The translations under genes were made by a program, and so were the position numbers. The notes below the pieces were generated by a model that made no database searches, had not been told where the DNA came from, and saw nothing but the letters and a program-made list of their open reading frames with translations. DNA of 62,182 nt, the filler included, from a bacterium (GTDB taxonomy: Bacteria; JBDRGX01), in assembly GCA_043817485.1 (NCBI GenBank). It is 8 parts of 8 records of this genome, joined end to end, with 100 filler letters (N's around TTAATTAATTAA, not from the genome) between each part and the next. Parts side by side here need not be neighbours in the genome. Positions count along the whole stretch, not along the records: positions 40,077 to 45,180 come from JBDRGX010000024.1; positions 45,281 to 53,406 come from JBDRGX010000026.1; 6 more parts are not named here. One strand, 5' to 3'. This document shows positions 40,792 through 51,711 of this stretch, in pieces (position 1 is the first letter of the stretch; each line of letters opens with the position of its first letter).

Positions 40792-42138
40792 TTATTTTTC
40801 TTCTTCCATTTTTTGAACAAAATCAGTATAAAATTTTCCTTTTAAAAATGCTGCATTTTTCATTGCTTTTTTATGAAAAGGAATAGTTGTTTTTATTCCT
40901 TCAATAATAAATTCATCTAATGCTCGAGACATTCTAGCAATTGCTTCTTCTCTTGTTTGTCCAAAACAAATAAGTTTTGCAAGTAAAGAATCATAATAAG
41001 GTGAAACTACATAATCAGTATAAATATGAGAATCAACTCTTACTCCAGGACCTCCTGGAATATGAAGTTTTACAATTTTTCCAGGACAAGGAATAAAAGA
41101 ATTGTCTGGATCTTCTGCATTTATTCTACATTCAATAGAATGATTTTTAAAAACAATATCCTTTTGTTTATATTTTAATTTTTCTCCATTTGCCATTTTT
41201 ATTTGTTCTTTAATTAAATCAATTCCTGTTATTGTTTCTGTTACTGAATGTTCTACTTGAATTCGAGTATTCATTTCCATAAAATAGAAATTTTTTTTCT
41301 CATCTACTAAAAATTCCATTGTGCCTACATTTGAAAAATTAACTGCTTTAGCACCTTTCAAAACAACTTCACCCATTTTATTTCTTATTTCTTGATTAAG
41401 AATAGTAGAAGGGGATTCTTCAATTAGTTTTTGATGTTTTCTTTGAATAGTACATTCTCTTTCTCCTAAATGAATTATATTTTTGTAATTATCTGCTAAT
41501 AATTGAAATTCAATATGTTTTGGTTTTTCAATATATTTTTCAATATATAGACTTTCATCTCCAAAAGCAGATTTAGTTTCTGCTTTAGCAGTAAGAAAAG
41601 CATTAACTAAACTTACATCTGTATGAGCAATTCTCATTCCTTTACCACCACCACCTAAAGCAGCTTTTATAATAATTGGATATCCAATTTCTTTAGCAAC
41701 ACTTAATGCTTCTTGTTCAGTTTTTATTAAATTATCTCCACCTGGTAAAACTGGAATTCTTGCTTTTTTCATTTTTTCTTTTGCTTTTAATTTATTTCCC
41801 ATTAAATCAATTATTCTAGGTGAAGGTCCTATAAATTTAATTTTACAAGATTCACAAATTTCTGCAAAATGAGCATTTTCTGCTAAAAAACCATATCCTG
41901 GATGAATAGCTTCAGCATCTGTAATTTCTGCAGCACTAATAATAGCTGGAATATTAAGATAACTTTTACTACTAGGAGCCTCTCCAATACAAACACTTTC
42001 ATCAGCAAAACGAACATGTAAAGAATTTACATCAGCTTTTGAATAAACACTTACAGTTTTTATATTCAGTTCTTTACAAGCTCTAATTATTCTAAGAGCA
42101 ATTTCACCTCTATTAGCAATTAGAATTTTATTAAACAC
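40792..42138 (-). CDS. accC: Acetyl-CoA carboxylase biotin carboxylase subunit
   Basis: [47 protein letters not shown]. Confidence 0.95.
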   Translation of the reverse strand: MFNKILIANRGEIALRIIRACKELNIKTVSVYSKADVNSLHVRFADESVCIGEAPSSKSYLNIPAIISAAEITDAEAIHPGYGFLAENAHFAEICESCKIKFIGPSPRIIDLMGNKLKAKEKMKKARIPVLPGGDNLIKTEQEALSVAKEIGYPIIIKAALGGGGKGMRIAHTDVSLVNAFLTAKAETKSAFGDESLYIEKYIEKPKHIEFQLLADNYKNIIHLGERECTIQRKHQKLIEESPSTILNQEIRNKMGEVVLKGAKAVNFSNVGTMEFLVDEKKNFYFMEMNTRIQVEHSVTETITGIDLIKEQIKMANGEKLKYKQKDIVFKNHSIECRINAEDPDNSFIPCPGKIVKLHIPGGPGVRVDSHIYTDYVVSPYYDSLLAKLICFGQTREEAIARMSRALDEFIIEGIKTTIPFHKKAMKNAAFLKGKFYTDFVQKMEEEK

Positions 42139-42245
42139 ATTCCACTCCTTGTTTTTTAAATTTAAAAAATGTAAAATTTTATATTTTGTATTATTATTTA
42201 TAAAAAAATTGTCAATTAAATAGTTTAAAATATTCTAAAAATAAT

Positions 42246-42926
42246 TTACTTTCTTGCTTTAATTAAATGCACAGTTCCAAAAAATAAAGGAACCATTTCT
42301 ACTTCTTTAAAACCAGATTTTTCAAAAAGTGTTTTCAAAACAATGGAATTAGGAAAATTTTTAATTGATTGATATAACCCTAAATAAGACCTAAAACTTC
42401 CTCTAAATAATTTAGATACAATTGGAACTATAAATAAAAGATAAAAAAAATACAAAATTTTAATTATTTTACAAGTTGGATTTATGAGCCCTAATAAATA
42501 AAAAAAACCAGATTTTTTTATTACTTTATTTATTTCTTTTAAAGCATTTTCAATATTTTCTACATTTCTAAGACAAAAAGTCATTGTAATTAAATCAAAA
42601 CAATTTTCTTTGAAAGATAAATTTAAACAATCAGTTTTAATAAATGATATTTTTGAATAGTTTTTTTTTGCAATTTTAAGCATTAATTCACTAATATCTA
42701 TTCCTACAATTAAAGCATTTTTTTCTAAAAATTCTTTTGCTGTTTTTCCAGTACCAGTACCTATATCTAATATTTTCATATTAGGTATTATTTTAACTTC
42801 ATTTTTTAATTTTTGTCTCCATTTTGAATCTAAACCAAAAGAAAGAATTTTATTAATTAAATCATATTTAAAAGCAATTTTATCAAACATCAAAGAAAGT
42901 TTTTTAGTATTTTTTGAGTACTTCAT
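42246..42926 (-). CDS. ubiE: UbiE/MenG family quinone C-methyltransferase
   Basis: MFDKIAFKYDLINKILSFGLDSKWR, LDIGTGTG, FCLRNV; downstream of mqnC. Confidence 0.85.
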   Translation of the reverse strand: MKYSKNTKKLSLMFDKIAFKYDLINKILSFGLDSKWRQKLKNEVKIIPNMKILDIGTGTGKTAKEFLEKNALIVGIDISELMLKIAKKNYSKISFIKTDCLNLSFKENCFDLITMTFCLRNVENIENALKEINKVIKKSGFFYLLGLINPTCKIIKILYFFYLLFIVPIVSKLFRGSFRSYLGLYQSIKNFPNSIVLKTLFEKSGFKEVEMVPLFFGTVHLIKARK

Positions 42927-43968
42927 ATCTTGAATTTCTTTCAACTGGGATTTTTCCAATTTGTTTAATTGTTTTAATAATATGTTCTTTTGATGCGGTA
43001 TTAATTAAACCCGTTGATTTAACAACAACTTCATCCATTAATATTCCTCCAAGATCATTAGCTCCCATAAGTAAGGCAATTTGCCCCAATTTCCATCCTT
43101 CTGTAACCCAACCAGAATGAATATGTTTTATATTATCTAAAACTATTCGAGAAATAGCAACTGTTTTTAAATAATCTTCACCTGAAGTTTGAACAATATG
43201 AGATAATTTAGTATTTTGTGGAGAAAATGTCCATGGAATAAATGCCCTAAATCCATTTGTTTTATCTTGTAAATTTCTTATTTTTAGTAAATGCTCAATT
43301 CTTTCTTGTTTAGTTTCAATAATACCAAAAGTCATTGTTGAAGTTGTTTCCATTCCAATTAAATGAGCTGTTTCCATAATTTTCAACCAATCTTCTGACA
43401 TTAATTTTTGAGGACTTATAATTTTTCTAACTCTATCACTTAATATTTCTGCAGCACCTGGCAAAGAATCTAATCCAGATTCTTTTAAAGAAATTAAAAC
43501 TTTTTTATAAGAAAGATTTTCTTTTTTTGCTAAATAATAAATTTCTGCTGGAGAAAAAGAATGAATATAAATTTTAGGATAGTTTTTTTTAATAGTAGAA
43601 ACAAGCATTTTATAAAAAGAAAGTCCATAATTTGGATTAAGTCCAGATTGAAGCATTACTTGAGTTCCTCCAATCTGTTGCAACTTATCAATTTTTTCTA
43701 ATATTTTTTCTAAACTCAAAGATATAACTGATTTTTTTTCTTTTTTATAAAAAGCACAAAAATCACATTGAACAACACAAATATCACTAAAAGTAATGTT
43801 TCTATCAATAATAAAACCAACTTCATTATTTTTAAAAATGTTTTCTCGACATTGATCAGCCAAAATTCCTAACAAAAGTAAATTCCAATTAAATAAATCA
43901 GTATATTCTTCTAATGATAATCTTTTTTTTTCTAATATTTTTGTTTTTATTTTTTGATAATTTTGCAT
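42904..43968 (-). CDS. mqnC: Cyclic dehypoxanthinyl futalosine synthase (radical SAM)
   Basis: IIDRNI, CVVQCDFC, SLPGAAEIL, FRAFIPWTF, GANDLGG. Confidence 0.85.
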   Translation of the reverse strand: MQNYQKIKTKILEKKRLSLEEYTDLFNWNLLLLGILADQCRENIFKNNEVGFIIDRNITFSDICVVQCDFCAFYKKEKKSVISLSLEKILEKIDKLQQIGGTQVMLQSGLNPNYGLSFYKMLVSTIKKNYPKIYIHSFSPAEIYYLAKKENLSYKKVLISLKESGLDSLPGAAEILSDRVRKIISPQKLMSEDWLKIMETAHLIGMETTSTMTFGIIETKQERIEHLLKIRNLQDKTNGFRAFIPWTFSPQNTKLSHIVQTSGEDYLKTVAISRIVLDNIKHIHSGWVTEGWKLGQIALLMGANDLGGILMDEVVVKSTGLINTASKEHIIKTIKQIGKIPVERNSRYEVLKKY

Positions 43969-44054
43969 AATTTTATTTATATTTTAAATAAGTTTTAAAA
44001 AAAACTTTTCAAAATTTTATTTTGGAAAAGTTTAATTGCATAGTATAATATTTA

Positions 44055-45155
44055 TTAATTTTTAATAAAAAATTTACCAGGCAATTGTTTAATCACTTTT
44101 TTAATTTCTAATTTCATTAAAATTACTAAAACTTTGCTTATAGAAAAATTTAGTGTTTTTAAAATTTTTTCAATATGTATAGGTTCTTCTGAAAGTATTT
44201 GATAAACAAGTTTTTCTTCATTCTCTAAATATACTTCTTTTACATTTTTTTGTTTTACTATTTCATTTTGAGAAAAATATATCTGCAATTCATTTATAAT
44301 ATCATCAACATCTTCTACTAATTTAGCTCCTTGTTTAATCAATTTATTAGTTCCTTTGCTATATGATGATGTAATATTTCCAGGCACTGCAAAAACTTCT
44401 CTATTTTGTTCTAATGCATAATTAGCAGTAATTAAAGCACCACTTTTTTCTCCAGCTTCTATTACTACTGTTCCTAAAGATAAACCCGATATAATTCTAT
44501 TTCTTAAAGGAAAATTCATTTGATAGGGATTCGTGTTTATAGGAAATTCTGTAATAACTGCTCCTTGCAAAATAATTTTTTCCATTAAAGATTTATTTTC
44601 TGAAGGATAAATTACATTAATACCAGTTCCCAAAACAGCAATAGTTCTACCTTTAGAATTTAATGCTGTATAATGAGCAACAGTATCAATTCCTCTTGCT
44701 AAACCACTTACAATTACAAGACCACAATTAACCAAATTATTACTTATTTTAGAACATATTTCTCTTCCATAAACAGTTGTTCTTCTTGAGCCAACAATAG
44801 CAATAGCAATTTGATCTTCTTTTTTTAATTCACCTTTTACATAAAGTAAAGGAGGAGGCGTATAAATAGTTTTAAGATTTGCGGGATAATCATCATCAAT
44901 TAAAGTTAATATTTTAACATTCAATTCTTTAATTAATTTTAATTCTTTTTCAATATCAATTTCTTTTTCAAAATTTAATATTTTTTTTATTAAAATACTA
45001 TTTAATCCTATTTTTTCAAGATTGGAAAAAGATGTATTAAAAACATCTTTTAGTAAATTAAATTGCTGCCATAATTTAAAAAAAGTTTTTCCTCTTATTT
45101 CAGGAAACATATTTAAAATAATCCATGCTTTTTTTTCATCATCTATTTGTTGCAA
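44055..45155 (-). CDS. dprA: DNA-processing protein DprA
   Basis: IAIVGSR, VSGLARGID, FPLRNRIISGLS, SGALITA; TTG start behind AGGAGG. Confidence 0.95.
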   Translation of the reverse strand: MQQIDDEKKAWIILNMFPEIRGKTFFKLWQQFNLLKDVFNTSFSNLEKIGLNSILIKKILNFEKEIDIEKELKLIKELNVKILTLIDDDYPANLKTIYTPPPLLYVKGELKKEDQIAIAIVGSRRTTVYGREICSKISNNLVNCGLVIVSGLARGIDTVAHYTALNSKGRTIAVLGTGINVIYPSENKSLMEKIILQGAVITEFPINTNPYQMNFPLRNRIISGLSLGTVVIEAGEKSGALITANYALEQNREVFAVPGNITSSYSKGTNKLIKQGAKLVEDVDDIINELQIYFSQNEIVKQKNVKEVYLENEEKLVYQILSEEPIHIEKILKTLNFSISKVLVILMKLEIKKVIKQLPGKFFIKN

Positions 45156-45180
45156 AAAACCTCCTAACCTAAAAAAATAG

Positions 45181-45280
45181 NNNNNNNNNNNNNNNNNNNN
45201 NNNNNNNNNNNNNNNNNNNNNNNNTTAATTAATTAANNNNNNNNNNNNNNNNNNNNNNNNNNNNNNNNNNNNNNNNNNNN
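45181..45280. other. Artificial contig spacer
   Basis: N44-TTAATTAATTAA-N44. Confidence 0.98.
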
Positions 45281-46900
45281 CCACGATTTATATTTTCTGT
45301 GTTTGTTTTATTTGGAATTGGAGCAATTATTCTTATTTTTATATTTTTTTTTAGAAGTTCTTATTTTTTAAAAAAAGGAAATGATAATTATAAAAAAGGA
45401 AATATAAAATTATCAATTATATATTATAAAAAATATCTTAAATATAAACCAAAAAATATGAAAATAAGTATGCGATTAGCAGAAATTTATAACGAACAAA
45501 AATTATATAAAGAAGGTATTCTTTTATATCAAAAAATAATAAAAAATAATCCTGATAATATAACAAATTTTATGTGTTTAGGTGAATTACAAAGAAAACA
45601 AGGATTAACAAAAGAAGCTATTAATACTTATGAAAAATTATTTAAAAAAAATTTATCTTCAACAGATCGTTTTAATATACGATATACTTTAGCAGAATTA
45701 TATTATGAACAAGGAAAAATACAAGAAGCAATAAATAGTTTTCAAATTAGTAAAGTGTTAAATAATAAAGATCCAAATCCTTATTTAAAATTAGCCAAAA
45801 TTTATAAAGAACAAGGGAATATTGAAGCATCTTTTGAAGAATATGAACGAGTGCAATTTATAGATCCATCTATGATGGAAACAATAACAAATAATTTAGA
45901 AGAAATTTTAGAACAAAAATCTAATGATATTAATATTATTATAAAAATAGCAGAAATTTATAAAAACTTTGATAATTTTAACAGATCTTTTGAACTTTAT
46001 CATAAAGCAAGTGAAATTTTTCCATCTGCAAATATTTATATGAATATAGCTAAATTATATTTATTAAAAAAAGATTATGTTTCTGTAATAAATGAATTTA
46101 AAAAAGCATATGATATAGATAATAGTATTTTAGAAAAAATATTAGAAGAATATATAGATATATTGAGAAAAGATTCAACAAATTCTATAATTAGAAAATC
46201 ATTAGCTGAAAATTATTTCAAAAAAGGTGAAATAAATAAAGCAATATTTGAGTTAAATAAACTTGCTGAAATACCAGAATTTAAAAATGAATCTTTTTTG
46301 TTATTGGGAAAAATTTATTTACAAAAAGGACTAATTGATGAAACATTTCAATCATTAGAAAAAATTGATACAAAAAAACTTACAGAAAGCGGTATTTTAG
46401 AAGAAATTTATTATCAATTAGCTTTATTATGTAATAAAAATCAAATAACCGAAAAATCTATTAAAGCTTATGCGAAAATTAAAGAAATTAATGGAAATTA
46501 TAAAGATATAAATAATAGATTAGAAGAATTTAAAAAAAATCAAATTAATCAAGTATATGAAATTAATAATCAATCTGTAATATTAGCAAAAGAAGGTAAA
46601 TTTGATGAAGCAATAGAATTATGTGAAAAAGTTTTAAAATTAGATCCATTTTTTATTTCTGCTCATAGGAATTTAGGATTTATTTATATGCAAAAAAATC
46701 AACTTGAAGATGCTATTAATAAATTCAAACAAATTATAAAATTAGATCCCACTGATGAAAAATCTTATTATAGTTTAGCTCTTGCTTATGTGAAAAGTAA
46801 AAAGAAAGAAGAAGTTAATATTGTTTTAAATGAAATGCATCATCTTTTTCCTCAAAGTCAATATTTAAACAAATTAGAAAATTATTTAGAAACATTATAA
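45281..46900 (+). CDS. Membrane-anchored TPR protein, probably 5' truncated
   Basis: N-terminal TM followed by many TPRs; frame open to contig start. Confidence 0.8.
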   Translation, partial: PRFIFSVFVLFGIGAIILIFIFFFRSSYFLKKGNDNYKKGNIKLSIIYYKKYLKYKPKNMKISMRLAEIYNEQKLYKEGILLYQKIIKNNPDNITNFMCLGELQRKQGLTKEAINTYEKLFKKNLSSTDRFNIRYTLAELYYEQGKIQEAINSFQISKVLNNKDPNPYLKLAKIYKEQGNIEASFEEYERVQFIDPSMMETITNNLEEILEQKSNDINIIIKIAEIYKNFDNFNRSFELYHKASEIFPSANIYMNIAKLYLLKKDYVSVINEFKKAYDIDNSILEKILEEYIDILRKDSTNSIIRKSLAENYFKKGEINKAIFELNKLAEIPEFKNESFLLLGKIYLQKGLIDETFQSLEKIDTKKLTESGILEEIYYQLALLCNKNQITEKSIKAYAKIKEINGNYKDINNRLEEFKKNQINQVYEINNQSVILAKEGKFDEAIELCEKVLKLDPFFISAHRNLGFIYMQKNQLEDAINKFKQIIKLDPTDEKSYYSLALAYVKSKKKEEVNIVLNEMHHLFPQSQYLNKLENYLETL

Positions 46901-46951
46901 TATAAATTTATACATTCTATAAAAATTAATTTTAATTTACAAAGGTAAAAT

Positions 46952-49594
46952 ATGGAAGAATTAAATACTAAATATGATCCAGTTTTAATTGAAGATAAAT
47001 GGTATGAATATTGGGAAAAAAATAATTGTTTTACTCCAGAAATTGATTTAAGTAAAAAACCTTATGTAATTGTAATCCCACCTCCAAATATTACTGGTAT
47101 TCTTCATTTAGGACATGTATTAAATAATACACTTCAAGATATTTTAATTCGTTGGAAAAGAATGAATGGTGAAGTTAGTTTATGGTTACCTGGAACAGAT
47201 CATGCTGGAATTGCAACTCAAAATGTAGTAGAAAAACAATTGAAAAAAGAAAATATGTCAAGACATAAATTAGGAAGAGAAAAATTTATTGAAAGAGTTT
47301 GGGAATGGAAAAATCAATATGGTGAAACCATTGTTAAACAACTTCGAAAATTAGGATGTTCTTGTGATTGGACAAAACAAAAATTTACTTTAGATGAAGA
47401 ATTATCAGATGCAGTTTTAGAAGTATTTATTAAACTTTATCAAAAAGGGTTAATTTATAAAGGAAAGTATATTGTTAATTGGTGTCCAAGATGTTCTACT
47501 GCTATTTCTGATGAAGAAGTTGAATATGAAGAATTTAGTGGTAGATTATATTATATTAAATATCCAATTAAAGAAACTTCTTCTTATATTACAGTTGCTA
47601 CAACAAGACCAGAAACAATGGTAGGAGATGTTGCTATTGCAGTTAATCCAGAAGATTCAAGGTATAAAAATATGATAGATAAAACTATTATTTTACCTAT
47701 AATGAATAGAGAATTAAAAATAATACAAGATTCTAAAATTGATATTGAATTTGGAACAGGTGCTGTAAAAATTACACCAGCTCATGATATGGTAGATTGG
47801 CAAATAAGTAAATGTCATAATCTTGAACCAATTATTATTATGAATGAAAAAGGAATAATGAATGAAAATGCTGGTGAATATGTTGGAATGGATAGATTTG
47901 AATGTCGTGAAGCGTTGCTTATGGATTTAGATAATCTTGGACTTTTGGAAAAGGTAGAAGATTATCCAAATAATATAGGTCATTGTCAAAGATGTCATAC
48001 AGTAATTGAACCCTATCTTTCTACTCAATGGTTTGTAAAAATGAAACCATTAGCAGAATCCGCTATAGAAGCAGTAAAACAAGGTAAAATAAAATTTTAT
48101 CCCGAACATTGGACAAAAATTTATTTTAATTGGATGGAAAATATTAGAGATTGGTGTATTTCAAGACAAATATGGTGGGGACATAGAATACCAGTTTATT
48201 ATTGTCTTAATTGTTCTAATATAGAAGTTAGTAAAAGTTTTCCTTTAAAATGTTTAAAATGTGGAAAAAATGAATTTAAACAAGAAGAAGATGTTTTAGA
48301 TACTTGGTTTTCAAGTTGGCTTTGGCCATTTTCTGTTTTTGGTTGGCCAGAACAAACAAAAGAATTAAAATATTTTTATCCAACAACAACTTTAATTACA
48401 GCTCCAGAAATTATATTTTTTTGGGTTGCTCGAATGATTATGTCGGGAATAGAATTTATGGGAGAAGTACCTTTTAAAGAAGTCTATTTTAATGGAATAG
48501 TAAGAGATGAAAAAGGTAGAAAAATGAGTAAGTCTTTAGGTAATTCTCCAGATCCGATTGATTTAATTAAAGAATTTGGAACTGATGCTTTACGATTTGG
48601 AATAGTTTCTTTTGCTCCTCAAGGAAAGGATATTTTATTTTCTCAAGATCGAATTAAAACAGCAAAATTTTTTGCTAATAAAATTTGGAATGCTTCTCGA
48701 TTTGTATTGATGAATATCAAAGATAACCAAGAAATAATTATAAATTTTTTAAAAAATAAAAACATAAAAGATTTAAAAAATCTTGAATTAGTAGATATTT
48801 GGATTATTAGTAGATTAAATCAAGTTATTTTTGAAGTATCATCAAAATTAAATGAATTTCAATTTAATGAAGTAGCAATTGTTTTAAATAAATTTATTTG
48901 GCATGAATTTTGTGATTGGTACATAGAAGTTAGTAAATTACGATTAAATAATAAAGAAAAACAAGAAGAAAGAGAAACAGCACAAATTATTTTGTGTTTT
49001 GTTTTAAATAATATTTTAAAATTACTTCATCCTTATATGCCTTTTATTACAGAAGAAATAGGGCAAAAAATAGGATTAGAACAAAATATAATAAAATCTT
49101 TTTGGCCTTTATATGAAAATGAAAATATAGATGAAGATGTTATTTGTAAAATGAATTTAATCATAGAAATAATTACCTATATTAGAAATGTAAGGGGAGA
49201 AACTAATATTCCACAATCTGCTAAAATTGAAGTAGTTTTTTCTTTGCCAGATGAAAAATTAAAAAATATATTTTTAGCACATATTGAATGTATAAAATTT
49301 CTTTGTCAAGTTAAAGAAATACAATTAGGAGTAAAATTAGAACCAGTAGAAAATGCTATGGTAAATGTTATAAAAGAAATAGAAATTTATATTCCTAAAA
49401 AAGGTTTAATTTCAGAAGAAAAAGAAAAAGAAAAAAAAGAAAAGGAAATCAAAAAAATAAATCAAATGTTGGAAAGAATCAATCAAAAATTAAATAATCC
49501 AGTTTTTATAAAAAATGCTCCAAATCATATTATAGAACAAGAAAAACAAAGAAAAAAAGAATGGGAAGAAAAATTAGAAAAATTGAAAAAATAA
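46952..49594 (+). CDS. valS: Valine-tRNA ligase
   Basis: PPPNITGILHLGH, GTDHAGIATQ, DWCISRQIWWGH, KMSKS, C-terminal coiled coil. Confidence 0.97.
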   Translation: MEELNTKYDPVLIEDKWYEYWEKNNCFTPEIDLSKKPYVIVIPPPNITGILHLGHVLNNTLQDILIRWKRMNGEVSLWLPGTDHAGIATQNVVEKQLKKENMSRHKLGREKFIERVWEWKNQYGETIVKQLRKLGCSCDWTKQKFTLDEELSDAVLEVFIKLYQKGLIYKGKYIVNWCPRCSTAISDEEVEYEEFSGRLYYIKYPIKETSSYITVATTRPETMVGDVAIAVNPEDSRYKNMIDKTIILPIMNRELKIIQDSKIDIEFGTGAVKITPAHDMVDWQISKCHNLEPIIIMNEKGIMNENAGEYVGMDRFECREALLMDLDNLGLLEKVEDYPNNIGHCQRCHTVIEPYLSTQWFVKMKPLAESAIEAVKQGKIKFYPEHWTKIYFNWMENIRDWCISRQIWWGHRIPVYYCLNCSNIEVSKSFPLKCLKCGKNEFKQEEDVLDTWFSSWLWPFSVFGWPEQTKELKYFYPTTTLITAPEIIFFWVARMIMSGIEFMGEVPFKEVYFNGIVRDEKGRKMSKSLGNSPDPIDLIKEFGTDALRFGIVSFAPQGKDILFSQDRIKTAKFFANKIWNASRFVLMNIKDNQEIIINFLKNKNIKDLKNLELVDIWIISRLNQVIFEVSSKLNEFQFNEVAIVLNKFIWHEFCDWYIEVSKLRLNNKEKQEERETAQIILCFVLNNILKLLHPYMPFITEEIGQKIGLEQNIIKSFWPLYENENIDEDVICKMNLIIEIITYIRNVRGETNIPQSAKIEVVFSLPDEKLKNIFLAHIECIKFLCQVKEIQLGVKLEPVENAMVNVIKEIEIYIPKKGLISEEKEKEKKEKEIKKINQMLERINQKLNNPVFIKNAPNHIIEQEKQRKKEWEEKLEKLKK

Positions 49595-49619
49595 ATTATA
49601 ATTACAAAAATATAATAAG

Positions 49620-50030
49620 AATTTTAGATTTTGGATTGAAGATTAAAAATATGAAAAAAACTTGATAGAATAAAAAAGGATGGAAATTTTGATAGAAGAA
49701 TTCCACCCCCCCCCCCCCTAAAACCCCCGCCAGCGGGGGACATTGAGAGTATTGATGAAAACACAAGCCCTTAATTCCGCTAGTGAGGGACATAAGAAAA
49801 GTAGAAGGGAAAGTATCATAAGCAATTAAATGACTATAATTTCACCAGCAGGAGACAGAAAAAATAAACAAGAAGAATTTTAGATTTTAGAATTTGGATT
49901 TTAGATTGTAAGAATAAATATAATTTTATATCCCTATCAATCCATAATCCAAAATTGTTCATAAAAGGGGGTAAGAAAAGGAAAAGGATTTTTTCTCAAA
50001 CCCTTAACCCATAGACTCCTTAAACCCTTT
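49620..50030. repeat. Intergenic repeat patchwork: GC-rich REP-like hairpins plus (ATTTTAG)n-type heptamer tracts
   Basis: CCCCCGCCAGCGGGGGACA and a degenerate neighbour TTCCGCTAGTGAGGGACA; GAATTTTAGATTTTAGAATTTGGATTTTAG at about 49875-49905. Confidence 0.6.
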
Positions 50031-50096
50031 TATAAATATTTTTTAATTTTGATTATAACTTGGGATTAATGATTAATATATTTTAGACATAAAAAA

Positions 50097-51032
50097 GTGT
50101 TAAATATGGTTTTAATTGTTTTTGCTTTTATTATTGATTGGTTTATTGGAGATCCTTATTGGATGCTACATCCAGTAAAATTCATAGGTTATTTAATTAA
50201 TTTTTTAGAAAAAAAATTGCCTTTTACAAAAATAGGCGGAATCATTCTACTAATTACAGTCACTTCTATTGTATTTTTATCTTCATTTTATTTAATTAAA
50301 TTTGCAATGTTTTATAATAAATATGTAGGATATTTTATTATTGTTTTTTTGATTTATACAACAATTTCTGTCAAAGATTTAAAAGTAGAAGTTGAAAAAG
50401 TTAAAAAAGAATTAATTAAAAAAAATATTGAAAATGCAAGAAAAAAACTTCAAAAAATTGTTGGACGGGATACAAAAAATTTAGAAGAAAAAGAAATTAT
50501 TCGTGCTTGTATTGAAACAACCGCAGAAAGTACTGTTGATGGAATTATTGCTCCTTTATTTTATGTTTTTATTGGTGGAGCTCCATTGGCTTTAGTTTAT
50601 AAAGCTATAAATACTTTAGATTCAATGGTAGGATATAAAAATGAAAAATATATTAATTTTGGCTGGGCATCTGCAAAATTAGATGATTTGGTAATTTTTA
50701 TTCCCGCAAGAATTTTTTCTTTTTTAATTTTATTTACTACTTTAAATTTCAAAAAAATGAAATATATTTTAAAAATTATTTTAAGAGATAGAAAAAAACA
50801 TCCAAGTCCTAATAGTGGTATTTCAGAATCTGGTTTTGCTGGAGCATTAAATATACAATTAGGTGGTGTAAATTTTTATCAAGAAAAAAAAGAAATTAGA
50901 CCATTTTTAGGAGATGCAATTGATGAATTAAAAATAGAGCATATTACAAAATCTTTATATTTAATGCAAAAAATTGCTATCATAAGTTTAATATTTTTTT
51001 GTATTTGTAAAATGTTTTTTTTGAAAATATAA
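50097..51032 (+). CDS. cbiB: Adenosylcobinamide-phosphate synthase
   Basis: IGDP...HPV, IVGRDT, AESTVDGIIAP, YKAINTLDSMVGY, HPSPNSG. Confidence 0.94.
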   Translation: MLNMVLIVFAFIIDWFIGDPYWMLHPVKFIGYLINFLEKKLPFTKIGGIILLITVTSIVFLSSFYLIKFAMFYNKYVGYFIIVFLIYTTISVKDLKVEVEKVKKELIKKNIENARKKLQKIVGRDTKNLEEKEIIRACIETTAESTVDGIIAPLFYVFIGGAPLALVYKAINTLDSMVGYKNEKYINFGWASAKLDDLVIFIPARIFSFLILFTTLNFKKMKYILKIILRDRKKHPSPNSGISESGFAGALNIQLGGVNFYQEKKEIRPFLGDAIDELKIEHITKSLYLMQKIAIISLIFFCICKMFFLKI

Positions 51033-51034
51033 AT

Positions 51035-51691
51035 ATGGATAAATTGTTTATAGAAAAATTTGATAATGGAATGCAAATTATGCAATTTTCAAAAATGAAA
51101 ATTACAAGTGATACACTTTGTTTATTAGATTTTATTGAAATAAATGAAAATGAAATAGTAATTGATTTAGGAACTGGATCTGGAGTAATTCCAATTGTTT
51201 TACAAGCAAAATATAAAATAAAAAAAATTTGGGGAGTAGAAATTCAAAAAGAATTAGCTATTCTTGCTCAAAAAAATATTAAATTAAATAAAGCAAACAT
51301 AGAAATAATAAATGAAGATTTGAAAAAATTAGATCAAATTTTTTCTTTTAATATGTTTGATGTGATTACTTGTAATCCACCTTATTATAAAATTAACAAC
51401 AATAGACAATGTTCTGATATTAAACAAAATATATCAAAACATGAAGTAAAATGTAAATTAGAAGATATTATAAAAATAAGTAGTTATTTGTTAAAACCAA
51501 ATGGAAAAATATATCTTATTAATTTATTTTCAAGATTTAATGAATTGATGGATCTTTTACAAAAATATCATTTGAATTTAACAACACTTCAATATATTTG
51601 TTCAAAGAAAAAAGAAGAAAAAATTTTATTTTTAAGTGAAATTAAAAAAGAAAAATGCGAAATACAAATAAAGCCAAATTTATATTTATAA
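51035..51691 (+). CDS. tRNA1(Val) adenine-37 N6-methyltransferase family protein
   Basis: IDLGTGSG, GVEIQ, CNPPYY, KHE. Confidence 0.82.
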   Translation: MDKLFIEKFDNGMQIMQFSKMKITSDTLCLLDFIEINENEIVIDLGTGSGVIPIVLQAKYKIKKIWGVEIQKELAILAQKNIKLNKANIEIINEDLKKLDQIFSFNMFDVITCNPPYYKINNNRQCSDIKQNISKHEVKCKLEDIIKISSYLLKPNGKIYLINLFSRFNELMDLLQKYHLNLTTLQYICSKKKEEKILFLSEIKKEKCEIQIKPNLYL

Positions 51692-51711
51692 ATTTGGTTT
51701 TCCATAAAAAA

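Noticed and set aside
49595-50096. Possible cobalamin riboswitch or small ORF upstream of cbiB
   Set aside because: No B12-box or GGGAA core recognisable; the GC-rich parts are explained by REP-like hairpins.
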